A DNA stretch of 63,577 nucleotides, the filler included, from Candidatus Rokuibacteriota bacterium (GTDB lineage Bacteria > JAUVQV01 > DATDCY01): NCBI GenBank assembly GCA_031406795.1. It is 7 parts of 7 records of this genome, joined end to end, with 100 filler letters (N's around TTAATTAATTAA, not from the genome) between each part and the next. Parts side by side here need not be neighbours in the genome. Positions count along the whole stretch, not along the records: positions 38,250 to 51,528 come from JANOHV010000033.1; 6 more parts are not named here. One strand, 5' to 3'. Position 1 is the stretch's first letter. Every line of letters begins with the position of its first letter. The position numbers and the translations under genes are program-made. Shown here one piece after another: positions 40,786 to 51,062 of this stretch. The notes under the pieces are model-generated. The model had not been told where the DNA came from and did no database searches. It was given only the letters and a program-made list of their open reading frames with translations.

Positions 40786-41778
40786 ATGAGCGCCGCGCGG
40801 ATCGTCGTCACGCACCGGGCCTTCGCCGAGACGCTCGTCGAACTCGGATGCCACGGCACCGTGGTCGCGAACGATGGCCAGGAGAGCTGGGACCGCGAGG
40901 CCCTGCTCGCCAGGGCACAAACCGCGGAAGCGCTCATGGTCTTCATGCCAGACCAGGTCGACGCGGGCTTCCTCGAACGCTGCCCGCACCTCAGGATCGT
41001 CGCGTGCGCCCTCAAGGGCTACGACAACATCGACGTCGAAGCCTGCACCCGGCGCGGGGTGTGGGCGAGCGTCGTCCCCGACCTGCTTTCGGTTCCCACG
41101 GCCGACCTCGCCGTCGGCCTCCTGCTGGCCCTGACGCGGAACGTGGCCGAAGGCGACCGTTTCGTCCGATCGGGGCGCTTCCGGGGCTGGCGACCGGCGC
41201 TCTACGGCCGGGGCCTCGCCGGGAAGACCGCCGGAGTCGTCGGTTTCGGCAGCGTGGGCCGGCTGATCGCACGCCGCCTGCTGGCCTTCGAGCTGCGGGT
41301 CCTCGTCTGCGACCCCGATCCCGTCGATACCGGCGTGTTTGAAAGAAGCGGCGCCGAGCGGGTGGATCTGCACGGACTTCTCGGGTGTTCCGACTACGTC
41401 ATCCTCGCGGCACCGCTGCTGCCTTCCACGCTGCACCTGTTCGACGCCGCACTGTTGGCGCGGATGAAGGCCGGGGCGGTTCTCGTCAACATCGGGCGCG
41501 GCTCGGTGGTCGACGAGAACGCGGTTGCCGGGGCGCTGCGCAGCGGGGCGCTGGCCGGCTACGCGGCCGACGTGTTCGAACTCGAGGACCTCTCGCGGCC
41601 GGAGCGGCCTGCCGCCATCCCTCCCGCTCTGCTGCAGGAGCACTCCCGGACGCTCTTCACCCCCCACCTCGGATCGGCAGTGGACGAGGTCCGGCTGCGC
41701 ATCGAGCAGGCGGCCGCCGCGAACATCATCGACGTTCTTGCGGGGCGACCGCCTCGAAACGCGATCAACCGGGTCTGA
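40786..41778 (+). CDS. ptxD: NAD-dependent phosphite dehydrogenase
   Basis: FMPD, CALKGYDN, VPDLLSVPTA, RGSVVDE, YAADVFELED, FTPHLGSAV: PtxD Lys/Arg/Glu/His catalytic set retained. Confidence 0.92.
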   Translation: MSAARIVVTHRAFAETLVELGCHGTVVANDGQESWDREALLARAQTAEALMVFMPDQVDAGFLERCPHLRIVACALKGYDNIDVEACTRRGVWASVVPDLLSVPTADLAVGLLLALTRNVAEGDRFVRSGRFRGWRPALYGRGLAGKTAGVVGFGSVGRLIARRLLAFELRVLVCDPDPVDTGVFERSGAERVDLHGLLGCSDYVILAAPLLPSTLHLFDAALLARMKAGAVLVNIGRGSVVDENAVAGALRSGALAGYAADVFELEDLSRPERPAAIPPALLQEHSRTLFTPHLGSAVDEVRLRIEQAAAANIIDVLAGRPPRNAINRV

Positions 41779-42044
41779 GTCTGCCGGCCGGGGGCATCTC
41801 CGTACCCTCAGCCGGCGCCGCAGACATCAAGCGAATCCCTCAACGATCGCAATCGAAATCTCACTTCGTTCTGCTTCAGTCCTGACATGACGAATCCATC
41901 TTCTACCTCGGTTCCCATGCCGTGCCCGGGCTCCCGGGCGCTTCCGGGGAAGGGGGTGATGGCCGGATCACGGGGATGGTCAGCTCGAAGTCGCCGGCAC
42001 GGTGGGATCGACGGTCAACTACACGACAACACAGGGAGGGTTCC

Positions 42045-43757
42045 ATGCGCAGCATTCTCAGGGCAGCCTCGCTCACGCCGGTCTTCTTGGCCGCAGCCGC
42101 AATCCTGGGCGGCACACCCGCCGTCGCGGGGGAGCACCACCACGGCGACCGCGCCGTCACGGGCACGTACCTCTCCGGCGACTTCCACCAGCACACCTTC
42201 TACACCGACGGCGGCACGACGTTCACCAACGTGATGCAGAAGAGCGACTTCTACGGCCTCGACTGGTGGGCGAATTCCGAGCACGGCGGCAGCCGCCCGC
42301 AGGACGGCAGCAACCACCGCTGGACCGACCCGGCCTACTACCCGACGAACCCGATCCTCGGCGACGTCTCCGGCACACCGCAGGCGATGTGGCGCTGGCA
42401 GAGCCTGCAGCAATACGTGTATCCCGACATCCAGGCCGCCCGGCTGCTCTACCCGACGAAGAAGATCTTCTCCGGCCTCGAATGGAACGCCCCAGGGCAC
42501 GAGCACTGCAGCACCGGCATCGTCGCCGACGACGCGGCGGCCGTCAGCGCCTTCGAGTTCATCTTCGACGCGAGCGACAACGACACGAGCCGGATCGGCG
42601 AGGTCACCGCGTACGGCACGCTCGCCAAGCACAACGGCAAGACCTACGCCGGGCCCGGGGTCTGGACCGACAAGTCCTTCCCGGACCGCCACCTCGATGC
42701 CGTGTCCGCCTGCGCCTGGATGCAGGAGCAGAAGGACGCCGGCACCATCGAGGACGGCTGGATCGTCTTCGCCCACGTCGAGCGCGACGGGGCCTGGACC
42801 GCGGAGGACGGCGGCGGTTACAACATCGAGCACTTCCGCGACTTCAACAACGCCGGCCCCGACGTCTGCTTCGGCTTCGAGGGCGCGCCGGGCCACCAGA
42901 CCTCCAAGGACCGCGGCGGGTTCGGCATGAGCGCGTTCGGCGGCACCTGGGGCGGCGCGGGCTACTACACGGCTGCCGTCGGCGGGCTCTGGGACGCGCT
43001 GCTCGGCGAGGGCCGGCGCTACTTCAACTTCGCCAGCTCGGACTTCCACAGCTACGCCACCGGCTTCGAAAAGGGCGGCGGCGACTTCCACCCCGGCGAG
43101 TACCAGCGTGATCTGGTCTTTGTCGAGGACATCGACCATGACGGGGACTACTCCCATGCCGAGATCGTCGCGGGCATGCGCTCCGGCAACAGCTTCCACG
43201 TGATGGGCGACCTGGTGACCGAGCTTCAGTTCACGGCCCAGGCCGCCGGCGGCGAGAAGGTGCCGACGGGCGGCAGCCTCCGGGTCCCCCGGGGCGAGGG
43301 CATTGACCTCACCATCCGCTTCAAGAGCCCGGCCACGAACACCTGCCCGGACTTCGTCGGCTCCCACGACTGCGCGCCGCCGGTGGTGGACCACATCGAC
43401 CTCATCGCGGGGGAGATCACCGGGAAGAAGCAGCCCGGCACCCCCGAGTACACGATGGCGAGCAACCCGAGCACCCGCGTGCTCAAGACCTTTACGGCCG
43501 CCGACTGGAAGGTCGATGCCGAGGGGTACCAGGTGATCAACTACCGCATCCGCAAGCCGCTGACAGACATGTACTTCCGGCTCCGCGGCACGAACCTCGC
43601 CCCCAACACCCCCTGCGAGACGGACCCTGCGGGCAGTCCCCTCCCGGACTTCATCGCCAGCGCCTGCTATGGCTCGACCTTCGACGGCCCGCGGGAGGCC
43701 TACGCCGACCTCTGGTTCTACACGAACCCGATCTTCGCGGACGTGAACGGCCGCTAG
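42045..43757 (+). CDS. Secreted PHP-family metallophosphoesterase
   Basis: Signal peptide; GDFHQHT, NSEHG, GHEH, FAH, SSDFH metal ligands. Confidence 0.75.
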   Translation: MRSILRAASLTPVFLAAAAILGGTPAVAGEHHHGDRAVTGTYLSGDFHQHTFYTDGGTTFTNVMQKSDFYGLDWWANSEHGGSRPQDGSNHRWTDPAYYPTNPILGDVSGTPQAMWRWQSLQQYVYPDIQAARLLYPTKKIFSGLEWNAPGHEHCSTGIVADDAAAVSAFEFIFDASDNDTSRIGEVTAYGTLAKHNGKTYAGPGVWTDKSFPDRHLDAVSACAWMQEQKDAGTIEDGWIVFAHVERDGAWTAEDGGGYNIEHFRDFNNAGPDVCFGFEGAPGHQTSKDRGGFGMSAFGGTWGGAGYYTAAVGGLWDALLGEGRRYFNFASSDFHSYATGFEKGGGDFHPGEYQRDLVFVEDIDHDGDYSHAEIVAGMRSGNSFHVMGDLVTELQFTAQAAGGEKVPTGGSLRVPRGEGIDLTIRFKSPATNTCPDFVGSHDCAPPVVDHIDLIAGEITGKKQPGTPEYTMASNPSTRVLKTFTAADWKVDAEGYQVINYRIRKPLTDMYFRLRGTNLAPNTPCETDPAGSPLPDFIASACYGSTFDGPREAYADLWFYTNPIFADVNGR

Positions 43758-43776
43758 CTCCGCGTTGCCGGATGTC

Positions 43777-43802
43777 CCTCCCCCGGGCCGCCCCGGGGGA
43801 GG
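43777..43802. terminator. Perfect 11-bp GC hairpin after the PHP gene (no U-tract)
   Basis: CCTCCCCCGGG-CCGC-CCCGGGGGAGG. Confidence 0.4.
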
Positions 43803-43855
43803 TGCATCGGCGTTCCCGGCGAACAGACCTGCGCACCGCCGGCAAGGAGATCCGC

Positions 43856-44100
43856 ATGAGCGCGAGCGAAGCACCGGCGGCGACCGAGAGCCGCGACCAC
43901 GAGCACACCCGCACCGGCATGGGCGTGGAGGCGTTCAAGCGCCTTTCTCGACAATCTGTTCTACCTCCAGGGGCGCAGTCCCGAGGAGGCGACGCTGCCG
44001 GATTACTACCAGGCCATGGCCGCCACGGTTCGCGACCGGCTGCTGCAGCGCTGGAGCCGCACCGCGCGGACCTACAAGCACGCGGCCGCGCAAACGGTGT
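43856..44100 (+). pseudogene. glgP: Glycogen phosphorylase N-terminal remnant, frameshifted and truncated
   Basis: AAGGAG SD; RTGMGVEAFKR, frameshift near 43943, then FLDNLFYLQG..DYYQAMAATVRDRLLQRW..TY; ends before the YLSxEF motif. Confidence 0.75.
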
Positions 44101-44811
44101 TCAGCGGCTCACGGCGCGGCCGGGCCCGCGAGTCGCGGCGCCCGGAGGGCAATGGCGCTCGAGAAAGCGCGGGAGATCGCACAGGTCGCGCCAGCGCGCC
44201 TCGAGGGTGAGGCGGTCCCACTCCCACCACGCCGAGGCCAGCAACCGGCGGATGACATCCTCCGTGAAGCGCTTTCTGACGATTCGCGCCGGCACTCCGA
44301 CGGCGATTCCGTAGGGGCCGATGTCCCGCGTCACCACCGCGCCCGCGCCGATGACCGCCCCGGTGCCGACCGTGACGCCGGCCATGACCTTGGCCCCGTG
44401 ACCGATCCAGACATCGTGGCCGATCTCGCACGGCAAGGCGCGACGCCAGGCGAAGAATTCCGCGTCGTCCTCCGCGGCCAGGCCGAACTGGCGGCAGCGG
44501 TAGGTCAGATGGTGCTGTGTGACGCGGTCCATCGGGTGGTCGCCGGGGTTGATCACGACATGGCTGGCGAATGAACAGAACTTGCCGACCCGCGCGTGGT
44601 TGATGACTCCGTCGGTGCCGGCGGCGTAGCTGTAGTCGCCGAATTCCGTCCCCAGGAGCGACCAGCCCGGCCCGATCTCGGTCCACGCGCCGAGCCGGCA
44701 GTCGCGCACCGAGGCGCCCGCGTGGACGAGCGGCCGCTCGCCGAGCATCTTCCCGGGCATTGGTGCGCCGGACATCGCCTCCTGCTCTCGTTCCTGCAGC
44801 ATGGTCATCAC
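44101..44811 (-). CDS. Hexapeptide-repeat acetyltransferase of the phosphonate-cluster type
   Basis: [45 protein letters not shown]. Confidence 0.82.
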   Translation of the reverse strand: MMTMLQEREQEAMSGAPMPGKMLGERPLVHAGASVRDCRLGAWTEIGPGWSLLGTEFGDYSYAAGTDGVINHARVGKFCSFASHVVINPGDHPMDRVTQHHLTYRCRQFGLAAEDDAEFFAWRRALPCEIGHDVWIGHGAKVMAGVTVGTGAVIGAGAVVTRDIGPYGIAVGVPARIVRKRFTEDVIRRLLASAWWEWDRLTLEARWRDLCDLPRFLERHCPPGAATRGPGRAVSR

Positions 44812-44940
44812 CCTTTCGCGTTCTTGTCAGCGCTCACGAGCAGCGGTCTCGACCGGATGCTCGCGACGACCACACACGGCAGTGGCCGCGCAGCGGACGG
44901 GATGACATCCGACCTCCCCCGGGTGCCGCAGATCCTTCGG

Positions 44941-45903
44941 CTACAGCAGCCGCGCCCCCTGCTCGGCAAGCCGGGATCGCACCGTTCCTTTCAGGTTCAG
45001 ATAACAGAAGTTTTCTTCGTTGATGAAGCGGCTGATCAGGTAGGCGAGCCCGTTGCTCGCCGGATCGAGATGCGGGGCGTCGATCTGGTTGAGATCGCCG
45101 GTGAAGATCAGCTTCGTCCCGTCGCCGCACCGCGTGACGATCGTCTTCACGTCGAGCGGCCGCAGATTCTGGGCCTCGTCGACGATGAAATACCTTCTCG
45201 GAAGACTGCGGCCGCGGATATAGGTCAGCGCCTCGATGTGGAGCACACCCGAGTCGATCAGATACTGGTAGCTCGCGTTTCGTGCCGGCGGGGCGCCATC
45301 CTTCCCCTGTTCCTTCGGCGTGTTCACGATCACCTCCAGATTGTCGAAGATCGGTTGCATCCAGGGGCCGAGTTTTCCGTTGATATCCCCCGGCAGGTAC
45401 CCGATGTCGTTACCCAGGGGTGCGATCGGCCGGGCGACCACCACCTGCTCGTAAAGCGGGGAGGACTTCGTCGTCTGGTGGATGCCGGCCGCCAGCGCCA
45501 GGAGGGTCTTGCCGGTGCCGGCCGCGCCGGTCAGCGCCATCACCTCGACCCCGGGGTTGAGCAGCGCATCGATTGCGCAGCGCTGATCGTCGGTCTTGGG
45601 CACGATGCCGTCGAGGGACTTCTCCTGCTTGATCTTCCAGCGTTGCTCGACACCCTGCAGGCGGAAGATATCGTCGCCGGTCCTGAGGAACCTGACTGAG
45701 CGGATGTCGCCCGCGACGGCTGGCTCCCGACGAATTCTCCCAAAGCGCCGGACGATGGATCCGGAATCCTGGAGGAGCGCATTTGTGTCGAGCACGAAGG
45801 TCTTTGTCACCCCGCCCGAACGGCTGAAACAAGGGTGGATGTTCTCGGTGCTGCCATGGTGCGTTTCTTCGAGCCGCAGCGCAACATCGGTTAGAGCGTG
45901 CAC
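44941..45903 (-). CDS. PhoH-family ATPase (PhoH2/YlaK type) with most of the PIN domain missing; alternative GTG start at 45810
   Basis: KTFVLDTNALL stub; GAAGTGKT, GYLPG, YIRGRS, DEAQN, TGDLNQID, RSRLA. Confidence 0.82.
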   Translation of the reverse strand: MHALTDVALRLEETHHGSTENIHPCFSRSGGVTKTFVLDTNALLQDSGSIVRRFGRIRREPAVAGDIRSVRFLRTGDDIFRLQGVEQRWKIKQEKSLDGIVPKTDDQRCAIDALLNPGVEVMALTGAAGTGKTLLALAAGIHQTTKSSPLYEQVVVARPIAPLGNDIGYLPGDINGKLGPWMQPIFDNLEVIVNTPKEQGKDGAPPARNASYQYLIDSGVLHIEALTYIRGRSLPRRYFIVDEAQNLRPLDVKTIVTRCGDGTKLIFTGDLNQIDAPHLDPASNGLAYLISRFINEENFCYLNLKGTVRSRLAEQGARLL

Positions 45904-46154
45904 GCTACCTCCGGGGTTGACGGAAAGCGCGAATCCTCACAGAGCGAGACAGCCCGGCGTCTCGCAGAAGACGGGGGGATCATTCCGTGAAGTTCAGGTG
46001 AAATAGCCGGAAAGTTTCGAACGACCATGCCAGCGGGCCGACGACAATGGCGCTTATCCATAGCCTTCGCCATTATCGCCCGGCTGTCGTTAAAGGAGCG
46101 TTACGATTCCGGTAATTTATCCCTTACGCTCCGCTGCCGGACGGCCTGCGGTTT

Positions 46155-46937
46155 CTACCAGGCCTTCAGGAGTTTCTCGAAGAACAGATTCAGGACTTCG
46201 ACGAGAATCAACGCGATGATGATCCACTCGAGCACCTTGCTCTCGCGGTGGTACACCAGGTCTTTGACGACTTCGAGATTGTCCTTGACGAGTTGCAGCT
46301 CCAGATCGATGTTCTTGTGGCGGGCGCCGATCTCGAAGGTCCGCTTCAGCGCCGAGTCGATCTTGCTTAAATATTCATCCTCCCAGGTCTCCTCCGGCGA
46401 ATCCAGGATGTACAGGCTCGCCGCCAGCCGGTTCTTCACGTTCAAGGTCTTGCCGATGAAGCGGATCAGCGGCTTGCCCGAGATGTCCGTTCTGCCGTCG
46501 CGCTCGAGGCGCAGCGTGTGCTTGTTCGTCTCCTCGAGCAGGACATCGGCCTGCTGGGTGAAATAATCCATCGCCACCGACTGGGCGACATTGAGCATGA
46601 CGATGCGCAGGACGTCCGGGTCGACCCGGGTGAGATCCGCATCGTTGTACCCGAACCGGTCGCCGCCGGGACTCTCGTGAATGACGAACTCTTCGCGCAG
46701 CTGTCCGCCCAGCGGGTTTCTGCAGAACGGATTGATGAACTCGAGGGTCTGCCGCATCCCGTCTGCGTCGTACCCCTCGAACGCCACGACGCCGTAGGCC
46801 AGAACGTAGAGGTACTTCGACGACTCGGCGTAGTACACCTCCGTCGAGTCCTGATAGTGCTCCTTCCGGTCATAGGCGGCCCGGAACTTCTTGATGTCGA
46901 TGCTTTCGGCAATCTGAAAAGCGACGATGTTGTGCAT
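46155..46937 (-). CDS. RMD1 (DUF155) family protein
   Basis: YGVVAF, AQSVAMDYF, ILDSPEETWED, LEWIIIALI. Confidence 0.8.
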   Translation of the reverse strand: MHNIVAFQIAESIDIKKFRAAYDRKEHYQDSTEVYYAESSKYLYVLAYGVVAFEGYDADGMRQTLEFINPFCRNPLGGQLREEFVIHESPGGDRFGYNDADLTRVDPDVLRIVMLNVAQSVAMDYFTQQADVLLEETNKHTLRLERDGRTDISGKPLIRFIGKTLNVKNRLAASLYILDSPEETWEDEYLSKIDSALKRTFEIGARHKNIDLELQLVKDNLEVVKDLVYHRESKVLEWIIIALILVEVLNLFFEKLLKAW

Positions 46938-46971
46938 GGGCGCCTTCCCGGAACCCGCCGCGCTGCGCGGA

Positions 46972-48897
46972 TTACCGCTCGAAGTACGTGTAGCCGCGCA
47001 GGCCGGCCTCGAACGCGTTCATGATCTGGTGCCGTTCGAGCGGCGTGATCAGCCCCTTGCGGATCGCCTCTTCCGCCGTCTGCCGGAAATCGACGACCAT
47101 CTGTTTGGGGTCGTATTCGACATACGTGAGGACATCGGCCACCGAGTCCCCCTCGATCTCCCGGACGAAGTGGTAATCGCCGCTCTCGTCGGCTCTGATG
47201 CTGACGACATTGGTGTCTCCCAGCAGGTTGTGCAAATCGCCGAGAGTCTCCTGGTAGGCTCCCACCAGGAACACGCCGAGGTAGTACTCCTCGTCGCTCT
47301 TCAACTCGTGCAGCGAAAGCGCGTTCTTCACCCCGTGGCTGTCGATGAACTTGTCGAGCTTCCCGTCGCAGTCGCAGGTGATGTCCGCCACGATCCCCTG
47401 CCGCGTCGGCTCCTCGTTCAGCCGATGAACCGGCATGATGGGGAAATGATGGTCGATCGCCCAGGCGTCGGGGAGGGACTGGAAGACGCTGAAGTTCCCG
47501 TAGTAGATGTCCGCGAGCACCGTGTCGATCCCTTTGAGTTCCAGCGGGATGTTCTTCATGTTCTTGCTCTCGCCGGCGATGCGCTGCATGGTGTGCCAGA
47601 AGAGCATCTCTCCCAGCGCGCGATCTCTCAAGGTGATGTCGCCGTGCTTGAAGAGCTGGCGGATTTCATCTCGGTAGTAGATGGCGTCGTTGTAACACTC
47701 CTGAAGATTCCTGACACTGATTGATTTCAGGACCTCCGCCATGTTCCGGATCAACTCCGGCGTCTGCTCAGGAAGGCTCTCGGGGAGCGGCAACGCCTGG
47801 AACCGGCTGACGTCCAGGATGTTGAACAGAAGAACGGAGTAATAAGCCACGGTCGCGCGCCCGGATTCGGTGATGATCGTCGGGTGCTCGATACTGTTCG
47901 CATCCATGCTGGTCATGATCGTCTCGACGACATCCGAACAGTATTCATCCAGCGAATAGTTCCTGCTGTGGACGAAATTCGTATGGGACCCGTCATAATC
48001 GACGGCCAGCCCGCCGCCCAGGTCCAGGTACCCCATCCGGGCGCCTTCATGCACGAGACCGGCGTAGACCTGAGAGGCCTCGAGGGCGGCGGAGCGGATG
48101 TCCCGGATGTTCGGGACCTGCGAACCGATGTGGTAATGCAGCAACTGCAGGCAATCGAGCATCCCCCGCGCTTTCAGATCGTCGACGACCTCCACCAGCT
48201 GGCTGATATTCAACCCGAAGATGCTTCGGTCGCCGCAGGACTCGGTCCAGTGTCCGCCCGCCGTCGATGAAAGCTTGATTCTGATGCCGATGAGCGGCCG
48301 GATGTTCAACATCGTCGCCCGCTCGAGAATGAGGGTCAGTTCGCTCGGCATTTCCACGACGAAAAAGCACTTGAACCCCATCTTGCAGGCATACAGGCCG
48401 AGATCGACGAATTCCTCGTCCTTGTACCCGTTGCAGACCAGGCAGGCCTCGGGGTCTTTCAAGACCGCCAGGGCCGCGATGAGCTCCGCCTTGCTTCCCG
48501 CCTCCAGGCCGTGGTGATAGCGCGACCCGAACTTGGCGACCTCTTCCACGACTTCTCGCTGCTGGTTGACCTTGATCGGATACACGCCACGGTAGGCGCC
48601 CTTGTAGCCCAGGTTGCTCATGGCCGTCCCGAACGTCTCATGGATGACCCGGATCTGGGAGTCGAGGATGTTCTCGATGCGCAGCAGAACCGGCATGTCC
48701 AGCCCCCGGGCCTTGATGCCGGAGATGACGTCCATCAGGCTGATGGTGATGTCCTTGCCGCCGTTGATGCTCGGCGTGACGACGACCTCGCCTTTCTCGG
48801 AGATGTTGAAATACCCGGCCCCCCAGCTTTGAATGCCGTAGAGATCGGCGGATCTTTCCGCGGTCCATCTTTCCAGGGTGTCCTTCATCCCGTTCAT
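46972..48897 (-). CDS. speA: Biosynthetic arginine decarboxylase
   Basis: VYPIKVNQ, GLEAGSK, HYHIGSQ, DLGGGL, ESGRA, DITCDCDG. Confidence 0.96.
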   Translation of the reverse strand: MNGMKDTLERWTAERSADLYGIQSWGAGYFNISEKGEVVVTPSINGGKDITISLMDVISGIKARGLDMPVLLRIENILDSQIRVIHETFGTAMSNLGYKGAYRGVYPIKVNQQREVVEEVAKFGSRYHHGLEAGSKAELIAALAVLKDPEACLVCNGYKDEEFVDLGLYACKMGFKCFFVVEMPSELTLILERATMLNIRPLIGIRIKLSSTAGGHWTESCGDRSIFGLNISQLVEVVDDLKARGMLDCLQLLHYHIGSQVPNIRDIRSAALEASQVYAGLVHEGARMGYLDLGGGLAVDYDGSHTNFVHSRNYSLDEYCSDVVETIMTSMDANSIEHPTIITESGRATVAYYSVLLFNILDVSRFQALPLPESLPEQTPELIRNMAEVLKSISVRNLQECYNDAIYYRDEIRQLFKHGDITLRDRALGEMLFWHTMQRIAGESKNMKNIPLELKGIDTVLADIYYGNFSVFQSLPDAWAIDHHFPIMPVHRLNEEPTRQGIVADITCDCDGKLDKFIDSHGVKNALSLHELKSDEEYYLGVFLVGAYQETLGDLHNLLGDTNVVSIRADESGDYHFVREIEGDSVADVLTYVEYDPKQMVVDFRQTAEEAIRKGLITPLERHQIMNAFEAGLRGYTYFER

Positions 48898-49167
48898 GAT
48901 TTCGCGTTCCTCGCTTGCGTGTCGGCCTCCGCGGCCGGAAACAGCTGATTTCCCATTGATTATCGTGAGATCGATTCCCGGCTGTCAATGGTTACTTGGC
49001 GGCCCGAGCGCCGCTAACGAACTCTTAACACAGACGGGATCGACGCTATCGTCGCATGTTCGACCGCCGAGCCGAGACCGGCTTCCCAGCCATCCCCCGC
49101 ACGGATCTCGCGCCGCGCTGACGGAATCTTCACGCCTTCCTCACCATCCGCCGGCAAGATCTGCGAC

Positions 49168-51057
49168 ATGGCGAAGAGGTGCAGCCCGGCTACCGTGAGC
49201 GCCGATGTCGTCGCCGCCGACGAACTGGCGGGGCTGCGCGACGGGATGCTCGAACTCGAGCGCCACGCCGCGCCGGTGCTCCAGCGAATGGACCCGGCCC
49301 ACCGCGACAGCGCGCGAAACCTGGTGCACTACCTGGTACTGCGCCGGCAGGACCTGCGCCAAATCCAGGAGCGGCTTGCGGCACTCGGCCTCTCCTCGCT
49401 CGGTCGCGCCGAGTCGCACGTTCTCGCCTCGCTCTCGGCGGTGCTCGAGCGTCTCGGGGCGCCGCCGGCCCCGGAGGCGGAGAAGAGACTCTCCTTCAAG
49501 CAGGGACGCAGGCTGCTCGCGAAGCACACGGACGCTCTGTTCGGCCCACCGCCCAGCGGGCGCCGGGTACGGGTGATGGTGACCATGCCGAGCGAATCCG
49601 CCGAGGATCCCCGGATGATCCGCGAACTGCTCGAGCAGGGCATGGACTGCATGCGGATCAACTGCGCCCACGACCACCCCGACGTCTGGGCGCGCATGAT
49701 CGAGCACCTGCGCCGGGCGCGCCGGGAGTCCGGCCGCCGCTGCCGGGTGCTGATGGACCTCGGCGGGCCGAAGCTGCGGACCGGGCCGGTGGAACCCGAC
49801 GTGCCCGTCCTGAAATGGCACCCCCGCCGCGACCGCTTCGGGAGGGTGACGGCCCCCGCGCGAATCTGGCTCCACCCGCCCGGGCGCGAACAGCAGCACG
49901 ATGGTGAGGCGGATGGTTCGATCGCCGTCGAAGCGCGGTGGCTCGCCGGACTCAGGCCCGGCGACGGGCTCGACTTCATCGACGCCCGGGACGCCGTGCG
50001 GTGCCTGCGTGTCACCGGCACCGCCGGGCCCTGCCGTTGGGCCGAGACGGTCCAGACCGCCTATGTCACGCCCGAGACCGTCTTGCAGCTGCACCGGCAC
50101 GGCGGCGGCCGGAAAGGTGCTGCGCGCCCCTGCCGGATCGGCGGCCTTCTCGCGCCGGAGGGCTATCTTCTGCTGCGCCGGGGCGACACCCTGCGGCTGA
50201 CGCGCAGCCTCCGGCCCGGCAAGAACGCCACCGTCGACCCGGAAGGCCGCGTGACCGCGCCGGCGACGATCGGCTGCACCTTGCCGCAGGTGTTCATACG
50301 GGTTCGCGCGGGAGACCGGGTCTGGCTCGACGACGGGCGCATCGGCGGAGTCGTGCGGAGCGCGGACCGCTCCGCTGTCACGGTCGAGATTACCGCGGCC
50401 CGTCCCCAGGGCGACCGGCTGCGCGGCGAGAAGGGGATCAACCTGCCGGACACGGACCTCGGGCTCCCGGCGCTGTCGAGGAAGGACCGGGAAGACCTGC
50501 GCTTCATCGCGCGACACGCCGACCTGGTCGGACTTTCGTTCGCGCAGCGGACCGAGGACATACTCGAACTCCAGAGCCAGCTGCGAATTCTTGGCCGCCC
50601 CGACCTCGGCATCGTGCTCAAGATCGAGACCCGGCGCGGGTTCGAGATGCTCCCGGACCTGCTCTTTGCGGCGATGCACGGACCCGCGGTGGGCGTCATG
50701 ATCGCCCGCGGCGACCTCGCCGTGGAGTGCGGCTACGAGCGGCTCGCCGAGGTTCAGGAGGAGATCCTCTGGCTCTGCGAGGCCGCGCACCTCCCGGTGG
50801 TCTGGGCGACCCAGGTGCTCGACGGGTTGGCGCGGACCGGGGCCCCCTCGCGGGCGGAGATCACCGACGCCGCGATGGGCGAGCGCGCCGAGTGCGTCAT
50901 GCTCAACAAGGGGCCCCACATTCTCGAGGCGATGCGGGTGCTGGACGATATCCTGCGGCGAATGGAGGAGCACCAGGACAAGAAGAGCGCGCGCCTGCGC
51001 CGGCTGCGCTGGTGGGAGTGGCCCGACAGTACGACGCCCCGGCCGAAGCCGGGGTGA
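49168..51057 (+). CDS. pyk: Pyruvate kinase, long form with expanded B domain
   Basis: RINCAHD, DLGGPKLRTG, KGINLP, LKIET, ARGDL, WATQVL, MLNKG. Confidence 0.88.
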   Translation: MAKRCSPATVSADVVAADELAGLRDGMLELERHAAPVLQRMDPAHRDSARNLVHYLVLRRQDLRQIQERLAALGLSSLGRAESHVLASLSAVLERLGAPPAPEAEKRLSFKQGRRLLAKHTDALFGPPPSGRRVRVMVTMPSESAEDPRMIRELLEQGMDCMRINCAHDHPDVWARMIEHLRRARRESGRRCRVLMDLGGPKLRTGPVEPDVPVLKWHPRRDRFGRVTAPARIWLHPPGREQQHDGEADGSIAVEARWLAGLRPGDGLDFIDARDAVRCLRVTGTAGPCRWAETVQTAYVTPETVLQLHRHGGGRKGAARPCRIGGLLAPEGYLLLRRGDTLRLTRSLRPGKNATVDPEGRVTAPATIGCTLPQVFIRVRAGDRVWLDDGRIGGVVRSADRSAVTVEITAARPQGDRLRGEKGINLPDTDLGLPALSRKDREDLRFIARHADLVGLSFAQRTEDILELQSQLRILGRPDLGIVLKIETRRGFEMLPDLLFAAMHGPAVGVMIARGDLAVECGYERLAEVQEEILWLCEAAHLPVVWATQVLDGLARTGAPSRAEITDAAMGERAECVMLNKGPHILEAMRVLDDILRRMEEHQDKKSARLRRLRWWEWPDSTTPRPKPG

Positions 51058-51062
51058 ACGAA

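Noticed and set aside
38250-41778. Dissimilatory phosphite oxidation cluster
   Set aside because: No ptxE or ptd genes visible; the ABC transporter layout is the assimilatory type
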